Source of the DNA: a virus
Taxonomy: Duplodnaviria; Heunggongvirae; Uroviricota; Caudoviricetes
IMG/VR virus record: IMGVR_UViG_3300035208_002606
DNA length: 64,000 bases
Strand: one strand, 5' to 3'
Both the position numbers and the translations under genes were made by a program. The notes beneath the pieces were generated by a model that worked only from the letters and a program-made list of their open reading frames with translations, had not been told where the DNA came from and did no database searches. This document shows positions 36,903 to 46,740 of the stretch, one piece after another. Position 1 is the stretch's first letter, and the number at the start of each line of letters is the position of its first letter.

Positions 36903-37877
36903 ATGAATCGTGAAGAAATAAAGAAAAAAATTAAAGAAAAAATTTCTTTGTTGAAAAATGAAAGATTAGATGGTTTAGTTTTATCTTTAAAAAATAGAAA
37001 TAAAAACATTTATAATTCCATTATCGAAGAAACAGAATATTTGGGTGAAGAATGCAAATTTATGGAAAGAATTTATCATATTACAAATGATTTAAAAGAA
37101 CGGCCCAAATGTCTTATCTGCGGAAAAGAATTGCTATTTATTCGATATAATGACGCTTATAGAAAATATTGTAATAAATGTTCCCAAAAATCAGAAGAAA
37201 GAAATAAAAAAATAAGTGAATCTAAATTAAATATGGGTGAAGAAAGAAAGAAAAAATTATATGTTGATATAACAAAAAAAAGAGTTCCTAAATATATAAA
37301 GACTTGGGAAAATAAACCATTAGCCGAAAAAATAAAAATTTGGGACAAGCAACAAAAAACGAGAAACGATAAATCTCAGGAAGAAAAAAATATTATTTTA
37401 GAAAAAAACAGAAGGGGGGTTCATAAATATCAATCAAAACTAACAAATGAAGAGGTAATAAAAATATGTGATAAAATTGCACAGACTCGTATAAAAAATG
37501 GAATACATTCATCTTATGCTGCCTATTGTGGTTATTATAAAGAAATTTATTTCCAAAGTTTATCTGAACTTATTTTTTTAATTTTCTGTTTTGACCATAA
37601 TATTAAAATAGAAAGGGCAAAAATAATATCAAAATATTATAATTTAATAGACGACAAAAACCATCGTTATTATCCAGATTTTTATTTACCAGAAGTAGAC
37701 CAATATATAGAAATTAAAGGGCGAGTTTTTCCCGATGATGAAATAAAATGGAAAACATTTCCATATAAATTGGATATTTATTTAGACCGTAGTGGGAAAT
37801 TTAAAATATTAAAACAATATGTTGTTGGAAAATATGGAAAGTGTTTTTACAAAGAGCATATAAAAAAGGAGTTATAA
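36903..37877 (+). CDS. putative homing endonuclease, C-terminal PD-(D/E)XK (TnsA-like) domain
   Basis: CLICG...YCNKC zinc motif; RYYPDFYLP...YIEIKG; very AT-rich. Confidence 0.7.
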   Translation: MNREEIKKKIKEKISLLKNERLDGLVLSLKNRNKNIYNSIIEETEYLGEECKFMERIYHITNDLKERPKCLICGKELLFIRYNDAYRKYCNKCSQKSEERNKKISESKLNMGEERKKKLYVDITKKRVPKYIKTWENKPLAEKIKIWDKQQKTRNDKSQEEKNIILEKNRRGVHKYQSKLTNEEVIKICDKIAQTRIKNGIHSSYAAYCGYYKEIYFQSLSELIFLIFCFDHNIKIERAKIISKYYNLIDDKNHRYYPDFYLPEVDQYIEIKGRVFPDDEIKWKTFPYKLDIYLDRSGKFKILKQYVVGKYGKCFYKEHIKKEL

Positions 37878-37879
37878 AT

Positions 37880-40096
37880 ATGAATCAAGATTTACAAAAA
37901 GTTGCAGACCGATTTTTCGATGGCGATGTTAATATTGCGAAAATTTGGTACAAGAAATATACAACAACCGAGGAAACGCCGCAAGATGTTTGGAAGAGGA
38001 TGGCGAAACTTTGTTCCGAAGTAGAAAAGGCAGACTCACAAAAAGAATGGGAAAATAAATTTTATGAGGTAATGAAAGATTGGCGGTTTGTTCCTGCTGG
38101 AAGAATTTTATTTGGTTTAACAGAAAATATAAAAGATAAAACGAGAAGAAAGGTTACTTTAAGTAATTGTTTTGTTGTTGAACCACCACAAGATTCATTA
38201 GAAAGTATAATGGATGTTGCTTATAAAATGAGTAAAATTTATTCCAATGGTGGAGGGTGTGGTGTGGATTTAAGCAATATCCGACCCCAGGGGAGTTTGG
38301 TAAATAATGCGGCTATTTATAGTGATGGTGTTATTCCGTTTATGAATTTATATAGCCAAATAACAAGCACTATTGCCATATCAGGTCGCCGGGGCGCACT
38401 TATGATTACTTTAGATTGTTCACATCCTGATGTTGAAAATTTTATTAATGCAAAAAAAGATTTAAGTAAAATAAACTCTGCAAATATTTCTGTAAAGATT
38501 ACAGATAAATTTATGAATGCGGTATTGGCAGATGAACCGTGGGAAACGACGTTCAAAATAAAAGACACGGGTGAAGAAATTAAGAAAACATTTTCTGCCA
38601 AAAAATTATTTGAATTGATTATAAAAAATAATTGGGAGAGTGCTGAACCTGGAATCATTTTTTTTGACAGGGCAAAAAATTATACACCCTTATCACATTT
38701 TAGTAAATATGTACCCATTTCTTCTAATCCATGTAGTGAAATTTTTCTTTCGGGTAATGGGGCTTGTTTATTGGGTTCATTAAATTTATCAAAATTTGTC
38801 AAATATGGGTTTACAAAAAGAGCAGAATTTGATTTTGTTGAATTTGAAAAAGCGACACAATTGGCTGTGAGAATATTGGATAACATACTGGAACTTCAGG
38901 TGAAGTATAAACTATATCCGTTCCAAGAACAAATTAATCATGCCGCAGGAAGTAGACAAATTGGGCTTGGGATTATGGGATTAGCAGATATGTTTGCTCT
39001 CTTGGGACTAAAATATGATTCAGATGAATCTTTATTTTTCGCAAATAATCTTTTTGAAAAATTTAGAAATATTTCATATACAGCATCGATAGACCTAGCA
39101 AAAGAAAAAGGAAAATTCCCAGATTTTGACAAGGATGTATATTTTAAATCCGAATATGTGAAAACTCTTCCTGAAGAAATAAAAAAGAATATAGAACAAT
39201 ATGGAATTAGAAATATCACTTTAAATGCCTGCGCTCCTACGGGAAGTTTAGCAATTTTGGCAGGGTGTTCTTCTGGAATAGAACCTATTTTTTCTTTGGA
39301 ATATACTAGAAAGGTTAAATTAAGAGATGATGGGGGAGAGGAAACTATTAAAGTTTATCATAATTTATATAGAAAATTTTTGGAAAAACAATACGATTAT
39401 GATGTGAGTAATTGGATAACTGCCCACCATATTGATTGGCGATTTAGAATTAAAATGCAAGGGGCAATCCAAAAGTATATTGATAATTCTATAAGTTCAA
39501 CAATTAATTTACCAACAAATACTCCTGAAATTACCATTTCTGAAATTTATAAAATGGCTTGGAAGTATGGTTTAAAGGGGGTGACTATATATAGAGATTC
39601 GTGCAGAGAAAATATCCTGACCACTAAGAAATCCCGACCCTACGAACTCGTAGGCAAGACCTACCAAATCTACGATGAGAACGATGTTACTTATTATGTG
39701 ACGGTCAACAATATTCTTGAGGGGGTGAAGTATCGACCCTTCGAAATATTCATCAACTCCAAAGAGAGTAGCGAGTATCTCAATGTTATCACCCGCCTGC
39801 TGTCCGCAATTTTCCGCAGAACAAGTGATGCGGAGTTCGTTATCAAGCAGTTGGAAAAGTCGTCCAAGAATGAGGATGGATTATTGAGACAGTTGGCAAA
39901 GGTTATTGCGGGTCATATGGGTGTCAACCCCAATTCTACACCCATTAATACACCCATTCCTGCGGTTACTACACTCAATACCCAATCAGACGGATTGCAG
40001 ATTTGTCCTTCTTGTGGACAAAAAACGTTAAAGAAAGAAGGGGGTTGCGAAGAATGCACCTCCACCACCTGTGGCTACGGGAAATGTTCAATATAA
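37880..40096 (+). CDS. nrdJ: ribonucleotide reductase, class II (B12-dependent) type
   Basis: PAGRIL, LSNCFV, GGGCG, RRGA, NPCSE, CLLGSLNL, APTGS, SSGIEP, KGVTIYR; C-terminal PFEIF domain and zinc ribbon; no small-subunit gene nearby. Confidence 0.85.
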   Translation: MNQDLQKVADRFFDGDVNIAKIWYKKYTTTEETPQDVWKRMAKLCSEVEKADSQKEWENKFYEVMKDWRFVPAGRILFGLTENIKDKTRRKVTLSNCFVVEPPQDSLESIMDVAYKMSKIYSNGGGCGVDLSNIRPQGSLVNNAAIYSDGVIPFMNLYSQITSTIAISGRRGALMITLDCSHPDVENFINAKKDLSKINSANISVKITDKFMNAVLADEPWETTFKIKDTGEEIKKTFSAKKLFELIIKNNWESAEPGIIFFDRAKNYTPLSHFSKYVPISSNPCSEIFLSGNGACLLGSLNLSKFVKYGFTKRAEFDFVEFEKATQLAVRILDNILELQVKYKLYPFQEQINHAAGSRQIGLGIMGLADMFALLGLKYDSDESLFFANNLFEKFRNISYTASIDLAKEKGKFPDFDKDVYFKSEYVKTLPEEIKKNIEQYGIRNITLNACAPTGSLAILAGCSSGIEPIFSLEYTRKVKLRDDGGEETIKVYHNLYRKFLEKQYDYDVSNWITAHHIDWRFRIKMQGAIQKYIDNSISSTINLPTNTPEITISEIYKMAWKYGLKGVTIYRDSCRENILTTKKSRPYELVGKTYQIYDENDVTYYVTVNNILEGVKYRPFEIFINSKESSEYLNVITRLLSAIFRRTSDAEFVIKQLEKSSKNEDGLLRQLAKVIAGHMGVNPNSTPINTPIPAVTTLNTQSDGLQICPSCGQKTLKKEGGCEECTSTTCGYGKCSI

Positions 40097-40204
40097 AGGA
40101 GGAACAAAATGAAAAGAAAAAACAAATTTGATTTGTCATTGAAGGAATTGAAACAAAACAGATTTGACAACCTAAAGAAGCCAAAGAAAATAAGGAGAAA
40201 TAAA

Positions 40205-40432
40205 ATGAGTATGGAATGGGCAAGACAAAAAGTGGCACTCGCATGGTGTCAACCAAAAACAGAGAACAAGGAAATGGATGTAGATTTAGCAGAGGAATTT
40301 GCAAAAATCTTGGACAGGGAAACGAGTATGCCATTATTGGGAAATGCAACAACAGGAGAGTTGCTTAATGAACTCATAGCAAGAGCAGAAGTTGCTGGAT
40401 ATATTAATTATAAAACCGTTGATGATGTGTAA
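40205..40432 (+). CDS. hypothetical protein (start at 40205 after AAGGAG)
   Basis: the in-frame upstream extension from 40109 looks like a duplicated 5' remnant of 40447. Confidence 0.5.
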   Translation: MSMEWARQKVALAWCQPKTENKEMDVDLAEEFAKILDRETSMPLLGNATTGELLNELIARAEVAGYINYKTVDDV

Positions 40433-40446
40433 TAAGGAGTAATAAA

Positions 40447-40800
40447 ATGAGAAAAACAAAAGAGGCTATTGATTTGTCATTGGAGGAGTTGAGAAAAAAT
40501 AGGATTGATAATTTTATTCAACGATTATATTTTGCTCTGTACGAAAACTATTATGGCAACAATAGAATTGTTGTAAAAAATTCTACCTCTTCAAAAGGAG
40601 CGGGGGAATTTGGGGTTCTATGTGTCAATACCCTATTCACCAAAGAAGAACTAGAATACATTCGAAAGGAACCTGAAATTTTTGGGGAGTTTGTCCGTCA
40701 GGGTTGGCATGTCACAACAAGAATTGATAAAGACCATGAGGATTTTGAAGAAGAAGATTCTCATTTATTCACGGAGTTCACTTTTACAGTAGAAAAATAA
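40447..40800 (+). CDS. hypothetical protein
   Basis: AAGGAG RBS. Confidence 0.5.
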   Translation: MRKTKEAIDLSLEELRKNRIDNFIQRLYFALYENYYGNNRIVVKNSTSSKGAGEFGVLCVNTLFTKEELEYIRKEPEIFGEFVRQGWHVTTRIDKDHEDFEEEDSHLFTEFTFTVEK

Positions 40801-40856
40801 GGTCGGTATGAAATAAGGAAATAAAATGGAGGTAGTCGTTTACAACAAAAAACAAT

Positions 40857-42176
40857 ATGTATGTTAAAGTAAAAATTAAATTTGTTTTATCTTTGCTAGT
40901 GTCATTTGCGTGGATTGCGGTTGCCACATATTTGGCGATACCGTGGTTTTATGACATAGCGGCACAATTAGGCTCTGTTTTGGCGGTCATAATCATTTTG
41001 ACACTAGCGATTATCCCGGGGTGGGCAATGTCGTTTGTGATATCTTCTTTATGTTTTGATAAACGCCCAAATTATAAAGAGAAAGTGTTTAATGCGCCGC
41101 CGCTTACTTTATTAATAGCGGCATATAATGAGGAAAATAATATTATTGATACCTTATCATCGATATCTTCCCAAGAATACAATAGTCATTTACGGGTTAT
41201 AATAATTGATGATGGCTCGACTGATAAAACGGCAGAAAAAGCATCTGAATTTATAAATAATCATTTTAGTGAAAGTAAAACCTTTGAATTGGTGAAGCAC
41301 GAAAAAAATCAAGGCAAAGCCCAAGCACTACAAACAGGTTTAAATCTTACAGAAACCAAATATATTATCACGATGGATGGAGACTCTTACCTTTTAAAAA
41401 ACTCCGTTGATAACCTTGTAAGAAATATTGTTTTCGGCCCACCAATGACCGCGGCTGTTGCGGGTAGTGTTTTGGTTCGTAATTCCCGAAAAAATTTAAT
41501 TACTAGACTTCAAGAGTGGGATTATTTTCACGGCATTGCCACCATCAAAAGAGTGCAATCTCTTTACCAAGGAACGATGGTCGCCCAAGGTTCTTTCTCC
41601 GTTTATCGAACTGATTTTGTGAGACGAGTTGGTGGGTGGCCTTCAAAAATAGGAGAAGATATTGTTTTAACTTGGGGATTACGAGAAAAGGGGGATAGAA
41701 TTTCTTACGCTGAAAATGCATTTTGTTTTACCCATGTTCCCGAAACCTACAAACAATTTTTTAGACAACGAAAGCGATGGGCAAGAGGATTGATAGAAGC
41801 ATTTAAAAAGTATCCACGGTCTCTGACCCAATTAAAAATGACTTTGCCTTTTATTTGGTATAACCTTTGTTTCCCATTAGTGGATAGTAGTTATCTATTA
41901 TTTTTTATTCCTGGAATAGTTTTAGCATTATTATTCAAGTGTTATCTATTAGTAGGATTGATGACAATATTGTTGCTTCCGTTGGCAGTTATTGCTAATA
42001 TCATATTTTTCTATAAACAAAAAAAGATATTTAAAAAATATGGATTAAAAGTGAGACGAAATGTTTTTGGTTTTCTTTTTTATATGTTAATTTATCAAAC
42101 ACTAATGGCCCCCGCTACGGTGGCAGGATATCTCAGCGAAGTATTAAATTTAACAAAGAAATGGGGGACGAAATAA
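40857..42176 (+). CDS. processive membrane GT2 glycosyltransferase (PgaC/IcaA-like polysaccharide synthase)
   Basis: N- and C-terminal TM helices; AYNEE, DDGSTD, DGDS, GED and QRKRW motifs. Confidence 0.85.
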   Translation: MYVKVKIKFVLSLLVSFAWIAVATYLAIPWFYDIAAQLGSVLAVIIILTLAIIPGWAMSFVISSLCFDKRPNYKEKVFNAPPLTLLIAAYNEENNIIDTLSSISSQEYNSHLRVIIIDDGSTDKTAEKASEFINNHFSESKTFELVKHEKNQGKAQALQTGLNLTETKYIITMDGDSYLLKNSVDNLVRNIVFGPPMTAAVAGSVLVRNSRKNLITRLQEWDYFHGIATIKRVQSLYQGTMVAQGSFSVYRTDFVRRVGGWPSKIGEDIVLTWGLREKGDRISYAENAFCFTHVPETYKQFFRQRKRWARGLIEAFKKYPRSLTQLKMTLPFIWYNLCFPLVDSSYLLFFIPGIVLALLFKCYLLVGLMTILLLPLAVIANIIFFYKQKKIFKKYGLKVRRNVFGFLFYMLIYQTLMAPATVAGYLSEVLNLTKKWGTK

Positions 42177-42177
42177 A

Positions 42178-43047
42178 ATGAAAAAAATAAAAATAATAAT
42201 ATTGATATTATTGTTCTGTACACAAATATTACCTGCGGACGATTTGGAAATAAAAACATTATTATTTAATGACGATGAATACTCCCAATCTATTAACTTG
42301 TATCAAATTTGGCATTGGGGAAACGCCATCAATAAAATAGGATTAGGGGCAACCCAAACTTTTATCATCGAAAATGATAACAACCGTTCATTTTACGGCG
42401 GGTTAGTAGAATTTAAAACCAAATCCAAAAACACCGAATTGTTTGGGCAAGTTAATTTTTTACGGTGGAATAAAAAACTAAAAATACCTTTTAATATTTC
42501 CTTTGCTCAAATGATTGGAAAATTCAGGTTCGAAGAAACGCTAGATTACGACACTATTAATTCTGTAAAATCTTACGATGCCCAACTTGATTTTATTGCG
42601 GCATCATTCACTCTCGATTATTATATTTTTAAGAATTTAACCCTTATCAACTCTTATTGGTACAGAAGGGTGTCGGACAAAAACGATGCTTATCGTTATC
42701 TTGGTAGAGTTATTTTGGATTTTAATAAACATTATCACTTGCAATATTCATATCGGAATTTTCGTAATGATTACAAGACGATAAATTATTTCAGCCCTGA
42801 AAATTTTACCCAACATATTTTAGCCTTGGGGTATTATGGGGTATCAAAGGATAAATTTAAAATAAAAATATGGGCCGGCCCAATTTTTCAGGACGATAGT
42901 TACGAAACAAGTTGGGGGATAATCGAACGAATTTATTCTGTTTGGACTATTGGTGAAAAATGGTCTCTAGAGGGGAAAATTGAGGCAAATCAAATCAAGT
43001 CAGGATATCAATACACTCAATTTCTTTTGTCTATTATTTATAGATAG
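42178..43047 (+). CDS. signal-peptide-bearing outer-membrane beta-barrel-like protein (PgaA-porin-like)
   Basis: MKKIKIIILILLF signal; alternating aromatic beta strands; YFSP motif; terminal aromatic strand. Confidence 0.5.
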   Translation: MKKIKIIILILLFCTQILPADDLEIKTLLFNDDEYSQSINLYQIWHWGNAINKIGLGATQTFIIENDNNRSFYGGLVEFKTKSKNTELFGQVNFLRWNKKLKIPFNISFAQMIGKFRFEETLDYDTINSVKSYDAQLDFIAASFTLDYYIFKNLTLINSYWYRRVSDKNDAYRYLGRVILDFNKHYHLQYSYRNFRNDYKTINYFSPENFTQHILALGYYGVSKDKFKIKIWAGPIFQDDSYETSWGIIERIYSVWTIGEKWSLEGKIEANQIKSGYQYTQFLLSIIYR

Positions 43048-43095
43048 AAAGCCAAATTTATTACAGAGTGTGGTATAATAGAGATAGGAGCAAGA

Positions 43096-43329
43096 ATGAA
43101 AATTAGAAAATGGATTTGTAAACATTTCGGTCATGTTGGGTTTACCCGAATTGACAATATTCTAGTAGATATGGCAATGATTGAAATTAAGAATATGGGG
43201 AAAACAGACACTACCATTAAATGTTCTCGCTGTAAACAGAAAATTTCAATTCAGAAAATTTACGATTTGACCCACGATGGCGTGAAGAGGGCAAATAAAG
43301 AAATCATTAAATTATCAGAGGTAGAGTAA
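43096..43329 (+). CDS. hypothetical Zn-binding protein
   Basis: IC..FGH...CSRC; promoter at 43069 and AGGAG RBS. Confidence 0.5.
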   Translation: MKIRKWICKHFGHVGFTRIDNILVDMAMIEIKNMGKTDTTIKCSRCKQKISIQKIYDLTHDGVKRANKEIIKLSEVE

Positions 43330-43331
43330 AA

Positions 43332-43823
43332 ATGAGAGACGCTTTAAAAGGCAGACCACTTTATTTAAAAAACAGAAAGAATGAAAATGATTTAGAAAGC
43401 GGACTTACCCACTCTCATCCCGAACCTGAAGGAGAGTCCCCGACAAAAAGACAGATGACATTCACTCCCGAACAGGAAGAGGCTAGGAAAGCCGCAAAAG
43501 CAGGAAAGTTGGGAATCAAGTTTGACGATGACCCTGATAAACTTCGCTGGGATTTAATGCCTTGGCGTGAAGCGGAACAAATCGTGGAAATCCTGACCAT
43601 AGGGGCCAACAAGTACGCAGATGATAATTGGAAGTACATTCCAAACCTTAGAAGGCGGTATTTTGCGGCGGCAATGCGCCATTTCATCAAGTGGTTTATG
43701 GGGTTTAAATACGACAAGGAAACTAAAAAGAACCATCTTGCCCACGCTCTCTGTTGTATTATGTTTTTACTGTGGCAAGACAACGAAAATGAGAACAAGA
43801 AGGACGATGAAAACAATAAATAA
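43332..43823 (+). CDS. dATP/dGTP diphosphohydrolase-like protein (DUF5664 family)
   Basis: KFD..K.RWDL.P, GANKY..DNW, RY..AAMRH, HLAHA.CC..FL. Confidence 0.75.
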   Translation: MRDALKGRPLYLKNRKNENDLESGLTHSHPEPEGESPTKRQMTFTPEQEEARKAAKAGKLGIKFDDDPDKLRWDLMPWREAEQIVEILTIGANKYADDNWKYIPNLRRRYFAAAMRHFIKWFMGFKYDKETKKNHLAHALCCIMFLLWQDNENENKKDDENNK

Positions 43824-43897
43824 CAGTATATTAAACCGCCGAAGCGTTGCGACCTTTAAGCAGTTTTAAACAAAAACTACACCAGAGGAGGAAAACG

Positions 43898-44701
43898 GTG
43901 GACGAACAAAATTTAATAAGCAACACTTCGGACAATATGAACGAAAATATGACCGAAGAGGGGGATGAGCAGATAAAAGAACCTTGGCTCATAAGGAACA
44001 AGACTAAAATCCTTTTTTCAATTATTGGGATTTTGGCAATTTGTCTGCTTGGAACATTGGATAGTGCCTACAAAACAGAAAAACGATTACAACATCAACT
44101 GAAACAAAGGACGGAAAGCCTGACTTGGTTGGCTTGGGAACATAAACGAGTCAGAACGGAAAGGGACTTTTTCGCCAAAGTTACCGAAGATGTGAACTAC
44201 TACAAGTTCATCAAGACGGTTTACGAAGGCAAAGACAGGGATGGATTTTTCGAGACCATTTCCATCATTTACGAAGAGTCCAAACGGGCAGGAATCAGCC
44301 CTTGGGAAACCCTGAGTATTGTTCATCAGGAATCAGGATTTAATCCTTCCGCAGTTAGTATGATTTGGAAAAGGGATAAAGATGGGAATATGGAACAAGT
44401 CCCCTGTGCTTACGGTTTGATGCAAATCAACTACAATGCGTGGAAGGACGAAAAAGGATTAACCCCTGAAAATCGGTTTGATAAAAGGTTCAATGTGAGA
44501 ACAGGATTGGAGATTTACAAGTATTATTTGGGGCTTGCCAATGGGGATAAATTTTTGGCCTTGTTCTATTACAATAACGGACCGGCCCCTAGAAACCCCA
44601 ATCACAGTTATGCCCCCGCAGTAATGGCTTCCAGGTTTATGAAGATGTCTGTAAACTATGAACCCATTGAATTAGAGAAATCAATAGGAATAAGCCAATA
44701 A
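43898..44701 (+). CDS. lytic transglycosylase (SLT domain) with N-terminal TM anchor
   Basis: QESGFNP.A, AYGLMQIN, YYNNG; GTG start after GAGGAGG. Confidence 0.8.
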   Translation: MDEQNLISNTSDNMNENMTEEGDEQIKEPWLIRNKTKILFSIIGILAICLLGTLDSAYKTEKRLQHQLKQRTESLTWLAWEHKRVRTERDFFAKVTEDVNYYKFIKTVYEGKDRDGFFETISIIYEESKRAGISPWETLSIVHQESGFNPSAVSMIWKRDKDGNMEQVPCAYGLMQINYNAWKDEKGLTPENRFDKRFNVRTGLEIYKYYLGLANGDKFLALFYYNNGPAPRNPNHSYAPAVMASRFMKMSVNYEPIELEKSIGISQ

Positions 44702-44961
44702 TGCCACGCTCACATTCTCAAGTCGTTTTCGATTCCCGCATCAGTAAACGGGCAACAGAAGCAGACCTGTCGGTGTCATACAAAATTACTGAAGAAGAAT
44801 TGAATTTTGTTACGAAACTCTATCAGGCCTACAAAATCAAGGGGATTACCAAAGCACCAACTATCGAAATGTTCCTTAAAGACCTAGTATTCAGCAATAG
44901 CGAATTATTTAAGAAGGAGTGTAATTATGCCGACATATATTCTGAAATGCCCAAAGTGTAA
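44701..44961 (+). CDS. hypothetical protein
   Basis: coupled start. Confidence 0.45.
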   Translation: MPRSHSQVVFDSRISKRATEADLSVSYKITEEELNFVTKLYQAYKIKGITKAPTIEMFLKDLVFSNSELFKKECNYADIYSEMPKV

Positions 44962-45271
44962 AAAGGAATTTGAGTTTTTAAAATTGAGGGCGAACTCTAA
45001 GGCAATTTGTCCGAAATGCGGATACGCTGAAGACTTTGAAAAATTACCTACGGCCCCTGCTCTGTCTTTCAAAGGAGAAGGGTGGACAACTACAAATTAC
45101 TCAGCATCGGTTGACCCCACAACGGTTCCAGGGGTTAAGAAAATCGAGAACCCCACAAGAGAGCAACGCACCTTGTACAAGACAAGAAAACAAGCAACAG
45201 GCCGAAGAAAGAAAGTCAAAGTTGCAGGACTTCCCGAAGTTAAAAGGCAACTTCCTTTGGGAAAGGCCTAA
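44927..45271 (+). CDS. FmdB-family zinc-ribbon protein
   Basis: MPTY..KC..C...FE...CPKCG...FKGEGW. Confidence 0.75.
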   Translation: MPTYILKCPKCKKEFEFLKLRANSKAICPKCGYAEDFEKLPTAPALSFKGEGWTTTNYSASVDPTTVPGVKKIENPTREQRTLYKTRKQATGRRKKVKVAGLPEVKRQLPLGKA

Positions 45272-45476
45272 GGAGAAATAAAATGGAACCATATTGTCCT
45301 GAGTGTGGAAAGAACCACCCGACTTTTACGGGAGGCTGTCCGTACAAGAATGAACGCCAAATTCCTATGGTGTATCCAAATAATTTTCAAGCACCTGAAA
45401 AAGAAGAAGTAATAAAGAAATTGAATAGGATTATTGAACTGTTAGAAAAGATGGAATATTATCTTCGTACACAAAA

Positions 45477-46169
45477 ATGATTTCTATAGTCATTCCAACT
45501 TATACGAACTTCAGCGGACTAAAAGCGTGTATTGCATCCATAGAAGAATACACAAATTTAGACGATATTGAAATTATTGTATCAGCCAACGGCGCACCCA
45601 AGGAAGTAAAGCCTTATCCCTTTAATGATGTTACAAAAATTATATGGCATGATGCCCCTATAGGCTATGCCAAGGCCTGTAATGCGGGAATTAAAGAAGC
45701 CAAGGGTGAGTACATTATCTTACTGAACGATGATTGTGTTCTAACTCCTCAAGCGCAGAATCGATGGCTGAATATGCTTCTGCGACCCTTTCAAGAAAAT
45801 TCAAAGGTCGGGCTAAGTGGGCCGCTGATAAATTTTTCTCCTCCCGCCAATTCCCGATTTATTGTATTTTTTATTGTGATGATTAAAAGGGAAGTCTTCG
45901 ACAAGATAGGACTCCTTTCCGAAGATTACGGAATGGGGGCAGGGGAAGATACGCAGTTCTGCATCGAAGCCATGCAAGCGGGATATGAATTAGGTTGCGC
46001 TAGCATTGGTCCAGTTATCAAAGGTGAAAAATATATGACTGGAAATTTTCCTATATTTCATGCAGGAGAAGAAACCGTTAGTAAACTTAAAAATTGGCAA
46101 GAAATATTTAATAATAATTCCAAAATTCTAGCCCGTAAATATAACCCAAATTGGTCAGGATTAAAATAA
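45477..46169 (+). CDS. GT2 glycosyltransferase (soluble)
   Basis: ISIVIPTY, GYAKACNAG, LLNDD, GED. Confidence 0.8.
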   Translation: MISIVIPTYTNFSGLKACIASIEEYTNLDDIEIIVSANGAPKEVKPYPFNDVTKIIWHDAPIGYAKACNAGIKEAKGEYIILLNDDCVLTPQAQNRWLNMLLRPFQENSKVGLSGPLINFSPPANSRFIVFFIVMIKREVFDKIGLLSEDYGMGAGEDTQFCIEAMQAGYELGCASIGPVIKGEKYMTGNFPIFHAGEETVSKLKNWQEIFNNNSKILARKYNPNWSGLK

Positions 46170-46187
46170 AAAATACTAAATAATAGT

Positions 46188-46740
46188 AGGCTTGGGGAAC
46201 AAGCCGTGGCAGGAAACGCCACAATTGCTTAACAAATAGGAGGATAAACTATGAGCAGCAACTTACCAACAAAAAGAAAAGTCAGTTCGTTTTTAACACC
46301 CCGTTCCATTTTCTCACCTTTTTTCAGGGACTTTGATTTCGAGGATAATCTACAAGATATTCTTTCAGAGTTCAGAGGCCTGATGCAATGGGACGAGAGA
46401 ATGGGTTCCTGCGACTTTGAGAAGACCAAAGACGAGTATATCGTTTCGGTCGATGTCCCAGGTCTTACCAAGAACGATATCAAAGTCGAAATTGACGGGA
46501 ATGTGATGAAAATCTCAGGGGAAAGAAAACCCAAGGAAAAAGTCGAAGGGAGAGAGTATCTCGCAAGCGAAAGAACCTACAGACGCTTCGAGCGTTCGTT
46601 CGCTCTTCCCGAAGATGTTGACACAAATAAGCACGATGCCAAAGTCGAAAACGGCGTTCTCACTTTGACATTCGGACGGAAAAATACAGAGGACAAGCCG
46701 AAAACCATAGAGATTAAGTAAGAGGTCGTTCCCCAAGCCT
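46188..46740. repeat. perfect 13-bp inverted repeat enclosing the Hsp20 gene
   Basis: aggcttggggaac (46188-46200) and gttccccaagcct (46728-46740). Confidence 0.8.
46251..46721 (+). CDS. small heat-shock protein (Hsp20/alpha-crystallin)
   Basis: DVPGL.K.DI.V, ISGER, ER.Y..FERSF.LP, A..ENGVLTL, IEIK. Confidence 0.92.
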   Translation: MSSNLPTKRKVSSFLTPRSIFSPFFRDFDFEDNLQDILSEFRGLMQWDERMGSCDFEKTKDEYIVSVDVPGLTKNDIKVEIDGNVMKISGERKPKEKVEGREYLASERTYRRFERSFALPEDVDTNKHDAKVENGVLTLTFGRKNTEDKPKTIEIK

